A stretch of 64,000 nucleotides of DNA from an uncultured virus (IMG/VR IMGVR_UViG_3300030060_003974) (Duplodnaviria > Heunggongvirae > Uroviricota > Caudoviricetes). Position numbers and translations under genes: made by a program. The notes under the pieces were generated by a model. That model was given only the letters and a program-made list of their open reading frames with translations, searched no databases and was not told the DNA's origin. Positions 17,646 to 28,058 of the stretch are shown piece after piece (position 1 is the stretch's first letter; the number at the start of each line of letters is the position of its first letter). The stretch is from the IMG/VR virus record IMGVR_UViG_3300030060_003974, positions 1 through 64,000 of that record; one strand, given 5' to 3'.

Positions 17646-17909
17646 ATGAAAAATTTAACTCAAGAAGAATTAAAATCAGTACAAGACATTCACAACCAAT
17701 ACACTAAGGCTAAAATAGACTTAGGGGATCATGTCTTACAAAGAAGATCGTTGTTAGAAAACATCGATAGATTAAAAGAAGAATTTGCTGTAGTAGAAAA
17801 AAAATTAATTACAAAGTACGGTAAAGATTCTGTTATTGATTTAGTTTCAGGAGAAGTAAGATCAGCTGAAGAAGCAGACAAAGTAAAAGAAAACTTAACA
17901 AAAGCCTAA
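17646..17909 (+). CDS. Coiled-coil hypothetical protein
   Basis: ORF track; TATCTTTG at 17611-17618. Confidence 0.75.
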   Translation: MKNLTQEELKSVQDIHNQYTKAKIDLGDHVLQRRSLLENIDRLKEEFAVVEKKLITKYGKDSVIDLVSGEVRSAEEADKVKENLTKA

Positions 17910-18430
17910 TGTCAAAAATAAGTAACCAATCCGCATATCCTGCCTTAAATAATCCTCACTTAGATGACTATTTAGTTATCACGGATTATGATAATAAATT
18001 AAAAACAAAAACTGTTACTTTAAATACAGTTAAAAATTTATTTCAGGTAAGTTATAATGATGTTACTATTGAGGTTAGTGCAGCTGAAATGAAAGCTTTA
18101 TTAGGTTCTCCAAAAACTTTAATCGCTGCGCCAGGTGCAGGTAAAGTATTAGAAGTGTTTAGTATTTTTGTATACCTAGATGCAGGAACAACTGCTTTTG
18201 ACTTCGGAGACCCTGTTCAAGTTTTACAAGGAGTAGCGCAATGGGCGAATATACCAACCTCACTTTTAAATAATGTAGTGGACGATGCAGGTCATTTTCA
18301 AAAAGACGTTGTATCATGTCCTATAAATACTGCGATTACATTGCAAGCTCAAAATTCAAACGCAACTGTAGGAAACGGTGTTGTAAAAATTAATATCCGC
18401 TACAGAACATTAGATTTACAAACATTCTAA
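17909..18430 (+). CDS. Putative virion structural protein
   Basis: ORF track; N-terminus resembles 11587..12327 (MSKIS..Y / MARISTY). Confidence 0.65.
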   Translation: MSKISNQSAYPALNNPHLDDYLVITDYDNKLKTKTVTLNTVKNLFQVSYNDVTIEVSAAEMKALLGSPKTLIAAPGAGKVLEVFSIFVYLDAGTTAFDFGDPVQVLQGVAQWANIPTSLLNNVVDDAGHFQKDVVSCPINTAITLQAQNSNATVGNGVVKINIRYRTLDLQTF

Positions 18431-18431
18431 A

Positions 18432-18656
18432 ATGGTTATTAGAAAAATTTCTATCGGTGCTGATTATAAATCAGGCGCAATGCATTATATAGTTGGTCAA
18501 GAAGTTTTAGGAGGAAGTTATAAAATTCATTTAATACAACATGATGAGAAGGGTCAATCTTATCAAATCTGGGTTGATAAAAAATCAGAGATATTATTAT
18601 GGAAAGAGTTTAAAACCACCTTACCTATTTCGCTTGAGTATAATATAAATTTCTAA
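18432..18656 (+). CDS. Hypothetical protein (74 aa)
   Basis: ORF track; coupled to the next gene. Confidence 0.75.
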   Translation: MVIRKISIGADYKSGAMHYIVGQEVLGGSYKIHLIQHDEKGQSYQIWVDKKSEILLWKEFKTTLPISLEYNINF

Positions 18657-19225
18657 TGAAATCTCCCCATTCATTTATTGTTAAACCTATTGGTAACAGA
18701 AGGTATGATAATATAAAAAAAATTGGAAACATAGATTTTATAACTAGTACCTCAGAAGAGGATTACACAGTATCTAATAGATATGCAAAAGTTGTAGAAA
18801 CACCAATAAATTACAAGGGAGAAGTTAAAAAAGGAGACACACTTTTAGTACACCACAACGTCTTTAAATTTTATAATGACATGTATGGTAAAAGAAAAAG
18901 CGGTAAAAGTTTTTTTAAAGAAGATTTGTTCTTTATTGATCCTGATCAGTTTTTTTTGTTTAAAAGAGCTGACAAGTGGCATGGGTATGGTAAATATTGT
19001 TTTGTAAAACCTGGGAAGGTAAGAGATAGTTTTTTAAAAAAATCAGGAACTGTTGAGCCTTTAATCGGAACTTTAATTCACTCTAATGCTCAACTAAAAA
19101 AGAAAGGATTGAAAGAAGGGGATGTAGTTTCTTATCAACCAGATTCTGAATATGCATTCAAGGTAGATGGAGAGACTTTATACAGGATGTTTACTAACAA
19201 TATAACTCTTAAATTAAATGGATAG
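18656..19225 (+). CDS. Tandem GroES-like domain protein (189 aa)
   Basis: Two repeats: FIVKP..AKVVETP..VKKGDTLLV and CFVKP..GTLIHS..LKEGDVVSY..FKVDGETLYRM. Confidence 0.6.
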   Translation: MKSPHSFIVKPIGNRRYDNIKKIGNIDFITSTSEEDYTVSNRYAKVVETPINYKGEVKKGDTLLVHHNVFKFYNDMYGKRKSGKSFFKEDLFFIDPDQFFLFKRADKWHGYGKYCFVKPGKVRDSFLKKSGTVEPLIGTLIHSNAQLKKKGLKEGDVVSYQPDSEYAFKVDGETLYRMFTNNITLKLNG

Positions 19226-19493
19226 TAAAAGTATAAAACTACAAATTATAAGCGCAGGGGAACAAGCTGTAAGCCAACTTATTAAAGTTGCAAAGGAAGA
19301 TATAATTAAATATGACAAAGATGATGAGTTGGCGGCAGACAGATTAAAGAACGCTGCAGCAACCAAAAAACTAGCTATATTTGATGCTTTTGAAATTTTA
19401 CAAAGAATTGAAGAAGAAAAAGATTTATTGAATGGAGTAGACAAAACAACAACTAACACCCCTAAAGGATTTGCAGAATCAAGATCAAAATAA
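19218..19493 (+). CDS. Putative terminase small subunit
   Basis: Small helical protein overlapping the start of terL. Confidence 0.5.
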   Translation: MDSKSIKLQIISAGEQAVSQLIKVAKEDIIKYDKDDELAADRLKNAAATKKLAIFDAFEILQRIEEEKDLLNGVDKTTTNTPKGFAESRSK

Positions 19494-21711
19494 ATTATAT
19501 CGATTAGCAAACAAACAAGTTCCTAAGTCTGTTATAGCTACAAAGAATAGAGCTAAAAGCTGGCAGTATGGGTATAATGAAAAATACAACATTGTTGTTA
19601 TATCTAAAAACGGAACTATAGGAGATATATATAATATTAATAACCTACTTATTGCACTTCCCGCAACACCTAAATTAAAATCTGAAAAAAAGAAAAAAGA
19701 CCAGTACTGGGAATCTTTTATTGTACCTAAAGAAATAAAAAAACTACAAACCATATTTCACTGGCATCAAACACCACCTCATTTTAAATCTAAATGGGTA
19801 GACTTTATAGAGAAAGAATTTGATAAAAGAGAGCAAGGACATTGGTTTTTAAACAACGGAACGCCTACATATGTAACAGGAACACATTATATGTATTTGC
19901 AGTGGACAAAAATAGACGTTGGGCATCCAGATTTTAGAGAAGCAAATAGAATTTTTTATTTGTTCTGGGAGGCGTGTAAGGCGGATGTAAGAAGTTTTGG
20001 TATGTGTTATTTAAAAATAAGACGTTCAGGCTTTTCATTTATGAGTTCTTGCGAAGGAGTGAATCAAGCAACAATAACGAAAGATGCACGTGTCGGTATC
20101 CTTTCTAAAACAGGAGCTGATGCAAAAAAAATGTTTACTGATAAAGTTGTTCCTATTTCTAATAATTACCCATTCTTTTTTAAACCTATTCAGGATGGTA
20201 TGGATAAACCAAAAACTGAATTAGCTTATCGTGTACCTGCTTCTAAGATTACTAAAAAGAATATGTATGTTACTGATGAAAAAGACTTAGAGGGTTTAGA
20301 TACAACTATAGATTGGAAAAATACTTCAGACAACTCTTATGACGGTGAAAAATTACAATACCTTTTACATGATGAAAGTGGTAAATGGGAAAGACCAGAA
20401 AATATATTAAACAACTGGCGTGTTACTAAAACATGTTTACGTTTAGGTAGTAAGATTATAGGTAAATGCATGATGGGTTCTACCTCTAACGCTTTAGATA
20501 AAGGAGGCGCAAACTTTAAAAAACTTTACGAAGATTCAGACTGTTTAAAAAGAAATCAAAATGGTCAGACTAAATCTGGATTATATAATTTATTTATACC
20601 GATGGAATGGAATTTCGAAGGGTATATAGATAAATATGGAATGCCTGTTTTATATACACCTACAGAACCAATCGAAGGTATCGATGGAGAAATGATAAAA
20701 ATAGGAGCAATAGATTATTGGAAGAACGAAGTAGAGTCTTTATCTCAAGACGCAGATGCTTTAAATGAATTTTACAGACAGTTTCCTCGAACTGAATCTC
20801 ATGCTTTTAGAGATGAAAGCAAACAATCTTTGTTTAATTTAACAAAAATTTATCAGCAAATTGATTATAACGACTCTTTAATAAAAGAGCATTTTATTAC
20901 TCAAGGATCATTTCATTGGCGTGATGGGGTTAAAGATTCTACGGTTGTGTGGAGTCCGAACAGAAATGGAAGATTTTTTGTAACTTGGCTACCAAGAAAA
21001 GATTTACAGAATAGAGTAGTAAATAGAAATGGAAGAAAGTATCCTGGCAATGAACATTTAGGATCTTTCGGATGTGACTCTTACGATATTTCTGGGGTGG
21101 TTGTAGGGAAAGGTTCTAACGGATCTTTACATGGTATGACTAAATTTAGTATGGAAGAAACACCTAACAATCATTTCTTTTTAGAATATATAGCTAGACC
21201 ACAAACTGCGGAGATATTTTTTGAAGAAGTTTTAATGGCCTGCGTCTTTTATGGTATGCCAATATTAGCTGAAAATAACAAACCCCGTTTGTTGTATCAT
21301 TTTAAAAATCGTGGCTATAGAGGATTTTGTATGAATAGAGTAGATAAAAAATTAAGTAAATTGTCAAAAACTGAACGTGAACTAGGAGGTATTCCTAATT
21401 CATCGGAAGACGTAAAACAATCACATGCTTCAGCCATTGAGTCATATATAGAAAAACATATAGGGCTTGATTTAACTGGAGAATATAGAGACAAAGAAGA
21501 AATGGGGGAGTTATATTTTCAAAGAACTTTAGAGGACTGGGCTAAATTCGATATAAGTAATCGAACTAAATTTGACGCATCAATTAGCTCTGGATTAGCT
21601 ATAATGGCTAATCAGAAGCACTTATATACACCGACTAAAGAAAAATCAAAAATAAGCGTTAACTTTGCACGATACAACAACTCAAGCTCTTACAGTCAAT
21701 TAATAAAGTAA
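19471..21711 (+). CDS. terL: Terminase large subunit
   Basis: Walker A-like KIRRSGFS, Walker B LLHDESGK, MGSTSN coupling motif, RNase H-like FGCDSYD, AENN, FDASISSG. Confidence 0.92.
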   Translation: MQNQDQNKLYRLANKQVPKSVIATKNRAKSWQYGYNEKYNIVVISKNGTIGDIYNINNLLIALPATPKLKSEKKKKDQYWESFIVPKEIKKLQTIFHWHQTPPHFKSKWVDFIEKEFDKREQGHWFLNNGTPTYVTGTHYMYLQWTKIDVGHPDFREANRIFYLFWEACKADVRSFGMCYLKIRRSGFSFMSSCEGVNQATITKDARVGILSKTGADAKKMFTDKVVPISNNYPFFFKPIQDGMDKPKTELAYRVPASKITKKNMYVTDEKDLEGLDTTIDWKNTSDNSYDGEKLQYLLHDESGKWERPENILNNWRVTKTCLRLGSKIIGKCMMGSTSNALDKGGANFKKLYEDSDCLKRNQNGQTKSGLYNLFIPMEWNFEGYIDKYGMPVLYTPTEPIEGIDGEMIKIGAIDYWKNEVESLSQDADALNEFYRQFPRTESHAFRDESKQSLFNLTKIYQQIDYNDSLIKEHFITQGSFHWRDGVKDSTVVWSPNRNGRFFVTWLPRKDLQNRVVNRNGRKYPGNEHLGSFGCDSYDISGVVVGKGSNGSLHGMTKFSMEETPNNHFFLEYIARPQTAEIFFEEVLMACVFYGMPILAENNKPRLLYHFKNRGYRGFCMNRVDKKLSKLSKTERELGGIPNSSEDVKQSHASAIESYIEKHIGLDLTGEYRDKEEMGELYFQRTLEDWAKFDISNRTKFDASISSGLAIMANQKHLYTPTKEKSKISVNFARYNNSSSYSQLIK

Positions 21712-24147
21712 ATGAAAGAAGTAAAAATAAATATTAAGTCCGCTGTATTTCCAGATCAATTCGCATCCGATGCACAGAAAAAAACAGAAGAATTTGGATT
21801 ACAGGTAGGGCAAGCTATACAATACGAGTGGTTTAGAAAAGACGGTGGGAGCTGTAGGTTTTATGACCAATGGACTGCTTTTAATAGATTAAGATTATAC
21901 TCTAGAGGAGAGCAATCTATAGCAAAATACAAAAACGAATTAGCTGTAGATGGAGACTTAAGTTACTTAAATTTAGACTGGACTCCTATTTCTGTAATTC
22001 CTAAGTTTGTAGACATTGTTGTGAACGGAATGTCTGACAGGTTGTTTAAAGTAAAAGCGTATGCTCAAGACGCTATGTCTGCAGAAAAAAGAAACAAGTT
22101 TCAAAACATGATTGAAGGACAAATGATTGCTCGTCCTTTACTAAGTCAAATAACACAAGATTTTGGTGTGGATGTGTTTAGCGTACCTGAAGAAACATTA
22201 CCTGCTGATGATCAAGAGCTGGAGCTTTACATGAATTTGAAATACAAACCAGCTATTGAAATTGCTGAAGAAGAAGCGATAAATACTTTATTGGCTGAAA
22301 ATCATTACGAGGATTTGAGAAAAAGAGTTGACTTAGACTTAATGGTGTTAGGTGTAGGTATGACTAAACATCAGTTTTTATTAGGACAAGGGGTAACTCT
22401 GGATTATGTAGACCCAGCCAATGTAGTGTATAGCTACACAGAAGATCCTTATTTTAAAGATTGTTTTTATTGGGGGGAAATTAAAACTATTCCAATAACA
22501 GAGTTGGTAAAAATTGACCCAGATATCACCAACGAAGAAATGCAGGAAATTTCAAAATACAGTCAGTCGTGGTATGATTATTTTAATGTAGCGCAGATGT
22601 ATGAAAACAGTATGTTTGCAAAAGACACCTGTACCTTATTATATTTTAATTACAAAACCACAAACACTTTTGTATATAAAAAGAAAGAAATAAGTGAAGG
22701 GGTATATAAGACGGTAGAAAAAGACGATCAATTTAATCCACCTGAAGATATGATGTCTGAAGGAAAATTTGAAAAAGTAGAAAAGAAGATTGACGTATGG
22801 TATGAGGGTATTATGGTTATGGGAACTAACATAATATTAAAATGGGAAATGATGGAGAATATGGTTAGGCCAAATTCTGCAAATCAATACGCATTACCTA
22901 ATTATGTTGCTTGCGCTCCTAGAATGTATAAAGGAAATATAGAATCATTAGTAAGAAGAATGATTCCTTTTGCTGACTTGATACAAATGACTCATTTAAA
23001 AATTCAACAAGTAGTAGCAAGAGTTGTGCCAGATGGTGTGTTTATAGATGCGGATGGTCTTAATGAGGTTGATCTAGGAACAGGAAACGCTTATAATCCC
23101 GAAGATGCTTTAAGATTGTATTTTCAAACTGGTAGTGTTGTAGGAAGAAGTTACACGCAGGATGGTGAGTTTAATAACGCTAGAATTCCTATTTCTCAAT
23201 TAACATCAAATAGCGGTCAAAGTAAAATGCAAATGTTAATAGGAAACTATAATCATTATTTAGATATGATTAGACAAGTGACTGGCTTAAACGAAGCAAG
23301 AGATGGGTCTACTCCAGATCCTAATTCATTAGTTGGGGTTCAAAAATTAGCTGCACTAAATTCAAACACTGCTACTAGACATATATTACAATCTAGCTTA
23401 TATATTACTAAAACATTAGCCGAAGCTTTAGCTATTAGAACTGCAGATATTTTAGAGTATTCTGATTTTAAAGATGAGTTTGCTATGCAAATAGGAAAAT
23501 ATAATGTTGCAATTATAGAAGAAATTAAAAATTTATATCTACACGATTTTGGAATATTTATAGAGATGTCTCCAGATGAAGAAGAAAAAGCATTATTAGA
23601 ACAAAATATACAAATGGCGTTATCTCAAAAAGATATTAGCTTAGAAGACGCTATTGATATAAGAGAAATACATAATCTAAAAATGGCTAATCAATTGCTA
23701 AAAGTTAAAAGAAAAGCTAAACAAGAGGCTGAGCAACAACAACAAATGCAGCAACAACAAATGCAGGCTCAAATGCAAATGCAGCAACAACAGGCCGCAG
23801 CTCAGGCAGAAATGCAAAGAACTCAAATGGAGTTGGAAGGTAAAATGCAATTAAAGCAAGCTGAGATTAGTATGGAAATAGAAAAACAGAAAAATGAAGC
23901 TACATTAAAATCTCAATTAATGGCGGAAGAGTTTCAGTATAACATGCAAATTAGAGGAATGGAGCAATCACAAATAGATGCTCGTGAACAAAACAGAGAA
24001 AAAGCGAAAGATAAAAGGATTAATCAACAATCTACGAATCAATCAAAAATGATTGAACAAAGAAAAAGAAACACTCCTTCTATAAATTTTGAGTCTAACG
24101 AGGACAGTTTAGATGGATTTGATTTAGCTGAATTCGACCCACGATAG
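21712..24147 (+). CDS. Portal protein
   Basis: 811 aa directly after terL; helical, with Q-rich coiled-coil C-terminus typical of podovirus portals. Confidence 0.85.
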   Translation: MKEVKINIKSAVFPDQFASDAQKKTEEFGLQVGQAIQYEWFRKDGGSCRFYDQWTAFNRLRLYSRGEQSIAKYKNELAVDGDLSYLNLDWTPISVIPKFVDIVVNGMSDRLFKVKAYAQDAMSAEKRNKFQNMIEGQMIARPLLSQITQDFGVDVFSVPEETLPADDQELELYMNLKYKPAIEIAEEEAINTLLAENHYEDLRKRVDLDLMVLGVGMTKHQFLLGQGVTLDYVDPANVVYSYTEDPYFKDCFYWGEIKTIPITELVKIDPDITNEEMQEISKYSQSWYDYFNVAQMYENSMFAKDTCTLLYFNYKTTNTFVYKKKEISEGVYKTVEKDDQFNPPEDMMSEGKFEKVEKKIDVWYEGIMVMGTNIILKWEMMENMVRPNSANQYALPNYVACAPRMYKGNIESLVRRMIPFADLIQMTHLKIQQVVARVVPDGVFIDADGLNEVDLGTGNAYNPEDALRLYFQTGSVVGRSYTQDGEFNNARIPISQLTSNSGQSKMQMLIGNYNHYLDMIRQVTGLNEARDGSTPDPNSLVGVQKLAALNSNTATRHILQSSLYITKTLAEALAIRTADILEYSDFKDEFAMQIGKYNVAIIEEIKNLYLHDFGIFIEMSPDEEEKALLEQNIQMALSQKDISLEDAIDIREIHNLKMANQLLKVKRKAKQEAEQQQQMQQQQMQAQMQMQQQQAAAQAEMQRTQMELEGKMQLKQAEISMEIEKQKNEATLKSQLMAEEFQYNMQIRGMEQSQIDAREQNREKAKDKRINQQSTNQSKMIEQRKRNTPSINFESNEDSLDGFDLAEFDPR

Positions 24148-24196
24148 CTTAAATTTATATTAAATTAAGTATTAACTTTGTAAAAAATTAAATAAA

Positions 24197-25303
24197 ATGG
24201 AATTAAAAGTAAAAGAAGTAAAATTCGAAGAAGAAAAATCTGCTCAAGAAATTGAGGCACAATTATTAGATGATCACGCAAAAAAGCAAGAAGCTCAAGA
24301 AGTTACAGATGAGCCGAAAGCTGAAGAAAAAGAAAATGTTTCGACTGTAAAAGAAGAAACACCTGCTCCCGTGTCAGAGCTAAGTGACACAGATGTTCTT
24401 TCATATATTAAGAAGAGATATGATAAAGACATAAATTCAGTGGATGAATTGTTTGCTCAACAAAAAGAAAACGAGCCATTACCTGAAGATGTTGCAGCAT
24501 ATTTCAAATATAAAAAGGATACTGGACGTGGTATCGAAGACTTTTATAAATTACAAAAAGACTACGATAACATGGATGGTGACCAACTGTTAGCTGATTA
24601 TTATGGCGCTACCGAAGAAGGTTTAGACGCTATAGATATTCAAGATATGATGGAGGATAAATTTAATTTTGATGAAGAGTTAGATGATCCTAAAGATATT
24701 AAGAAAGTTAAATTAGCTAAAAAACGAGAACTTGCGAAAGCAAAGAAGTTTTTTAATGAACAGAAAGATAAATATAAAGCTCCTCTTGAGTCAAGTGGGG
24801 GTGGGTTATCTGATGAACAAGAAAAAAATCTTAATGCTTATAAAAGTTATATAGAGGAATCTAAATCAGTTGAAGAGGCAAATTCCAAAAGATATGACCA
24901 TTTCTTACAAAAAACAGAAACTGTTTTTAACGATGAGTTTAAAGGTTTTAAATTCGATATCGGAGAGAAATCAATATCTTTTAAGCCTGGTACAGCACAA
25001 GAATTAAAAAGCAAACAATCTGATGTAAACATCTTTTTAGAAAAGTTTATGAAAGATGGTTTGATAGCTGACGCAGAAGGATACCATAGGTCTCTTTCAA
25101 TAGCGATGAACCCAGACAAATTTGCAAAGTTTTTCTACGAGCAAGGAGTTGCCGCAACCGTAGATAATGTTGCTAAGAAATCTAAAAACATTAATATGGA
25201 TGTAAGACAAGCTCCAAAGACTTTATCGAAAGATGGGTTAAAAATTAGAGCGGTAGGAGATACTTCAACAGGTAAAGGACTCAAAATTAGAAGTATTAAA
25301 TAA
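24197..25303 (+). CDS. Capsid scaffolding protein
   Basis: Acidic N-terminus, basic C-terminus, between portal and capsid; TAACTTTG at 24173-24180. Confidence 0.75.
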   Translation: MELKVKEVKFEEEKSAQEIEAQLLDDHAKKQEAQEVTDEPKAEEKENVSTVKEETPAPVSELSDTDVLSYIKKRYDKDINSVDELFAQQKENEPLPEDVAAYFKYKKDTGRGIEDFYKLQKDYDNMDGDQLLADYYGATEEGLDAIDIQDMMEDKFNFDEELDDPKDIKKVKLAKKRELAKAKKFFNEQKDKYKAPLESSGGGLSDEQEKNLNAYKSYIEESKSVEEANSKRYDHFLQKTETVFNDEFKGFKFDIGEKSISFKPGTAQELKSKQSDVNIFLEKFMKDGLIADAEGYHRSLSIAMNPDKFAKFFYEQGVAATVDNVAKKSKNINMDVRQAPKTLSKDGLKIRAVGDTSTGKGLKIRSIK

Positions 25304-25328
25304 ATTATTAAAATAAAAAAAAGTAATT

Positions 25329-26765
25329 ATGTCAGTATTATTAAACCCAAATTTTCAATTACAGCCCTCTGCACAGAGAACTGTGTTGCAATCTAACTAC
25401 ATAACAGACTTTAATTTCTTGAATCAGTATTTACCAGATACATATGAAAAAGAATTTGAGCGTTATGGAAATAGATCAGTAGCATCTTTCTTAAGACAAG
25501 TAGGAGCTGAAATGCCAACTAATTCAGATTTGATTAAGTGGGCAGAACAAGGTAGATTACACGTTAAATATACAAATGTAAACGCAGACAACTTAGCAGC
25601 ACAAGGTGCAGCAGCTGCTGACTTTACAGTTAACGATGTATTAAACCCTGCGACTAACGCAGCCGCAAACATTTCAGGACAAATCGCAATCAGAATTGGT
25701 CAAACAATTATGATTTCTGATAACACTCCTGGATCAACATTAAGTAACAAAGCAGTTGTAACAGCAGTAAACTATGCTACAGGAGTAGTAACAGTTGCAT
25801 TCTATGAGGCAGGTGGTCAGACAATGGCACAAAACTCTACTGTAACTATTTTTGTTTACGGTTCTGAATTTAAAAAAGGAACTGATACAATGGCTGAATC
25901 ATTAACTTCAGATGATTTCATTTTCCAAAATTCACCAATCATTATCAAAGACAAGTATAGAGTTGCTGGTTCTGATATGGCGCAAATTGGATGGATTGAA
26001 ATTTCAGGAGAAGATGGAGCAAACGGATACTTATGGTATCTAAAGTCAGAGCATGACACTAGACTGAGATTTGAAGATTACCTAGAAACAGCAATGGTGG
26101 AAGCAGTTCCAGCAGCAGTTGGTTCTGGTGCAATCGCAGCTGGTGGTGATGTCGGAGACAAAGGTTCTGATGGAATCTTCTATGTTGTTGAGCAAAGAGG
26201 TAATGTGTGGGGTGGAGGAAACCCTGTAACACTTGGCGGATTTGATTCAATGATTCAGAGATTAGACAAGCAAGGAGCTATTGAAGAAAATGTACTATTT
26301 GTAAATAGATCATTCTCATTTGATATAGATGATATGTTAGCAGCACAAAACTCTTACGGAGCTGGTGGTACTTCATACGGTCTATTTGACAATGATGCAG
26401 ATATGGCTTTAAATCTTGGATTTACAGGATTCAGAAGAGGTTATGACTTCTACAAGTCAGACTGGAAATATCTTAACGATGCAACTATGAGAGGTGATTT
26501 AGTTGGTGGAGCAGTTAATGGACTATTAGTTCCAGCTGGTTCAACTACTGTATATGACCAAATCTTAGGTAAAAACGCTAAGAGACCATTCTTACATGTA
26601 CGTTATAGAGCTTCTGAAACAGAAGACAGAAGATATAAAACTTGGATTACTGGTTCAGCTGGTGGTGCATCATCTTCTAACTTTGACAGAATGGATGTTA
26701 ACTTCCTTTCTGAAAGAGCTGTATGTACTTTAGGTGCAAACAACTTCTTCTTATTCAAGCAATAA
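25329..26765 (+). CDS. Major capsid protein
   Basis: 478 aa after the scaffold; IKWAEQG motif; strongly biased codons; followed by a terminator. Confidence 0.85.
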   Translation: MSVLLNPNFQLQPSAQRTVLQSNYITDFNFLNQYLPDTYEKEFERYGNRSVASFLRQVGAEMPTNSDLIKWAEQGRLHVKYTNVNADNLAAQGAAAADFTVNDVLNPATNAAANISGQIAIRIGQTIMISDNTPGSTLSNKAVVTAVNYATGVVTVAFYEAGGQTMAQNSTVTIFVYGSEFKKGTDTMAESLTSDDFIFQNSPIIIKDKYRVAGSDMAQIGWIEISGEDGANGYLWYLKSEHDTRLRFEDYLETAMVEAVPAAVGSGAIAAGGDVGDKGSDGIFYVVEQRGNVWGGGNPVTLGGFDSMIQRLDKQGAIEENVLFVNRSFSFDIDDMLAAQNSYGAGGTSYGLFDNDADMALNLGFTGFRRGYDFYKSDWKYLNDATMRGDLVGGAVNGLLVPAGSTTVYDQILGKNAKRPFLHVRYRASETEDRRYKTWITGSAGGASSSNFDRMDVNFLSERAVCTLGANNFFLFKQ

Positions 26766-26778
26766 GATAAGCTAACCA

Positions 26779-26818
26779 AATATTAAGGGGGGTGTAATAC
26801 CCCCCTAATATTTATTTT
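26779..26818 (+). terminator. Intrinsic terminator after the major capsid gene
   Basis: AATATTAAGGGGGGT-GTAAT-ACCCCCCTAATATT hairpin. Confidence 0.75.
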
Positions 26819-26842
26819 AAAATTTAATTAAATTATATTACA

Positions 26843-27592
26843 ATGAAAAAAACAAATAAATTTGTCGCTAAGACATACAAATTAAAAAGTCACGCTACAC
26901 CTCTTTCTTATATGTTAGCGTCACGAAATTCAACAAGATTTCCTTTATTACATTTTGATGAAGAACAAGGAATTAACAGGCCTTTGCGTTATGCAAGAAA
27001 TCAAAAATCTCCATTTGAAGATGAGCAAGATGGTAATGCTATATTAGAACCAATAGTTTTTGAAGATGGTTTTTTACATGTTCCAAAAGAAAACCAAATA
27101 CTACAAAAATTCTTGCATTATCATCCACAAAAGGATAAGGTGTTTACTGAAGTAGATAAAAATAAAGATGCAAGCGAACAAGTAGAATGGATGGATTTTG
27201 TTCTAGAAGCTCAAATTCAAGCAAGGGAATTATCAGTATCTAAATTAGCTAGTCTTGGTAGAGTTATGTTTGGACAAAAGGCTGACAAAATGACTACAGC
27301 TGAGTTAAAAAGAGACATGCTTGTATACGCTCAAAGTGACCCGCAAGATTTTTTAGATACTTTAAATGATCCTATGATTCAGGTTCAAGATGAAGTGGTT
27401 CAATTTGTAAGCGCAGGATTATTAAGAATTAACAATAATAAAGTTAATTTTAATTTACCAAGCAATAAGAAAAAATTAATGACAGTTCCTTTTGGCGAGG
27501 ATGCTCATTATATTTTAGCTTCTTATATGCAAAGTGATGATGGTTTAGAAATTTATAAGTTGTTAAAAAAACACCTCAAGAAAGCTGAGTAA
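26843..27592 (+). CDS. Hypothetical protein (249 aa), head-tail region
   Basis: ORF track. Confidence 0.75.
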   Translation: MKKTNKFVAKTYKLKSHATPLSYMLASRNSTRFPLLHFDEEQGINRPLRYARNQKSPFEDEQDGNAILEPIVFEDGFLHVPKENQILQKFLHYHPQKDKVFTEVDKNKDASEQVEWMDFVLEAQIQARELSVSKLASLGRVMFGQKADKMTTAELKRDMLVYAQSDPQDFLDTLNDPMIQVQDEVVQFVSAGLLRINNNKVNFNLPSNKKKLMTVPFGEDAHYILASYMQSDDGLEIYKLLKKHLKKAE

Positions 27593-27645
27593 TATTTAGT
27601 ATCTTTACAGCTAAAATAATTATTAACCCATTAAAATTTTTAACT

Positions 27646-27975
27646 ATGGTAAAATATCTAAAATTTAGAGTAAGTGACGCTGATTATTTAATTCCTATTC
27701 AAAATATGTTGGGAATTGAAGTAGGCGCTAACACTAAGGTAAACATTCTTTCAAGTGCAGTAGGTCACAGAGCTACTGGCGTGTCTGAAGTATTAGGATA
27801 CGAAATCACTGCTAGTACAGCAAGTGATGCGGCTAAGACTAAAGAGCAACTTAATAGCATCGTGGATGCTATGGAGCAAGCTCTAAGTACAAGCTGGCAA
27901 AGTCCGTATTTTGAATTGAAGCCTAAGTACCCTATAACAGGTGTCGCTCAAATCGAAGTAGAGTGGTCTGCATAA
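27646..27975 (+). CDS. Hypothetical protein (109 aa)
   Basis: ORF track; promoter-like TATCTTTA at 27600-27607 and its own terminator. Confidence 0.75.
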   Translation: MVKYLKFRVSDADYLIPIQNMLGIEVGANTKVNILSSAVGHRATGVSEVLGYEITASTASDAAKTKEQLNSIVDAMEQALSTSWQSPYFELKPKYPITGVAQIEVEWSA

Positions 27976-27995
27976 GACAACTTAACTAAAAAGAG

Positions 27996-28029
27996 AAAGA
28001 GGCTTAAAAAATTAGGCCTCTTTTTTTTT
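27996..28029 (+). terminator. Intrinsic terminator
   Basis: AAAGAGGCTT..AGGCCTC followed by a T9 run. Confidence 0.75.
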
Positions 28030-28058
28030 GCGTATATTTGTAAAAATAATTATACACT

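Noticed and set aside
23730..23830. Poly-Gln tract in the portal as a special repeat element
   Set aside because: Q-rich coiled-coil tails are ordinary in podovirus portals.
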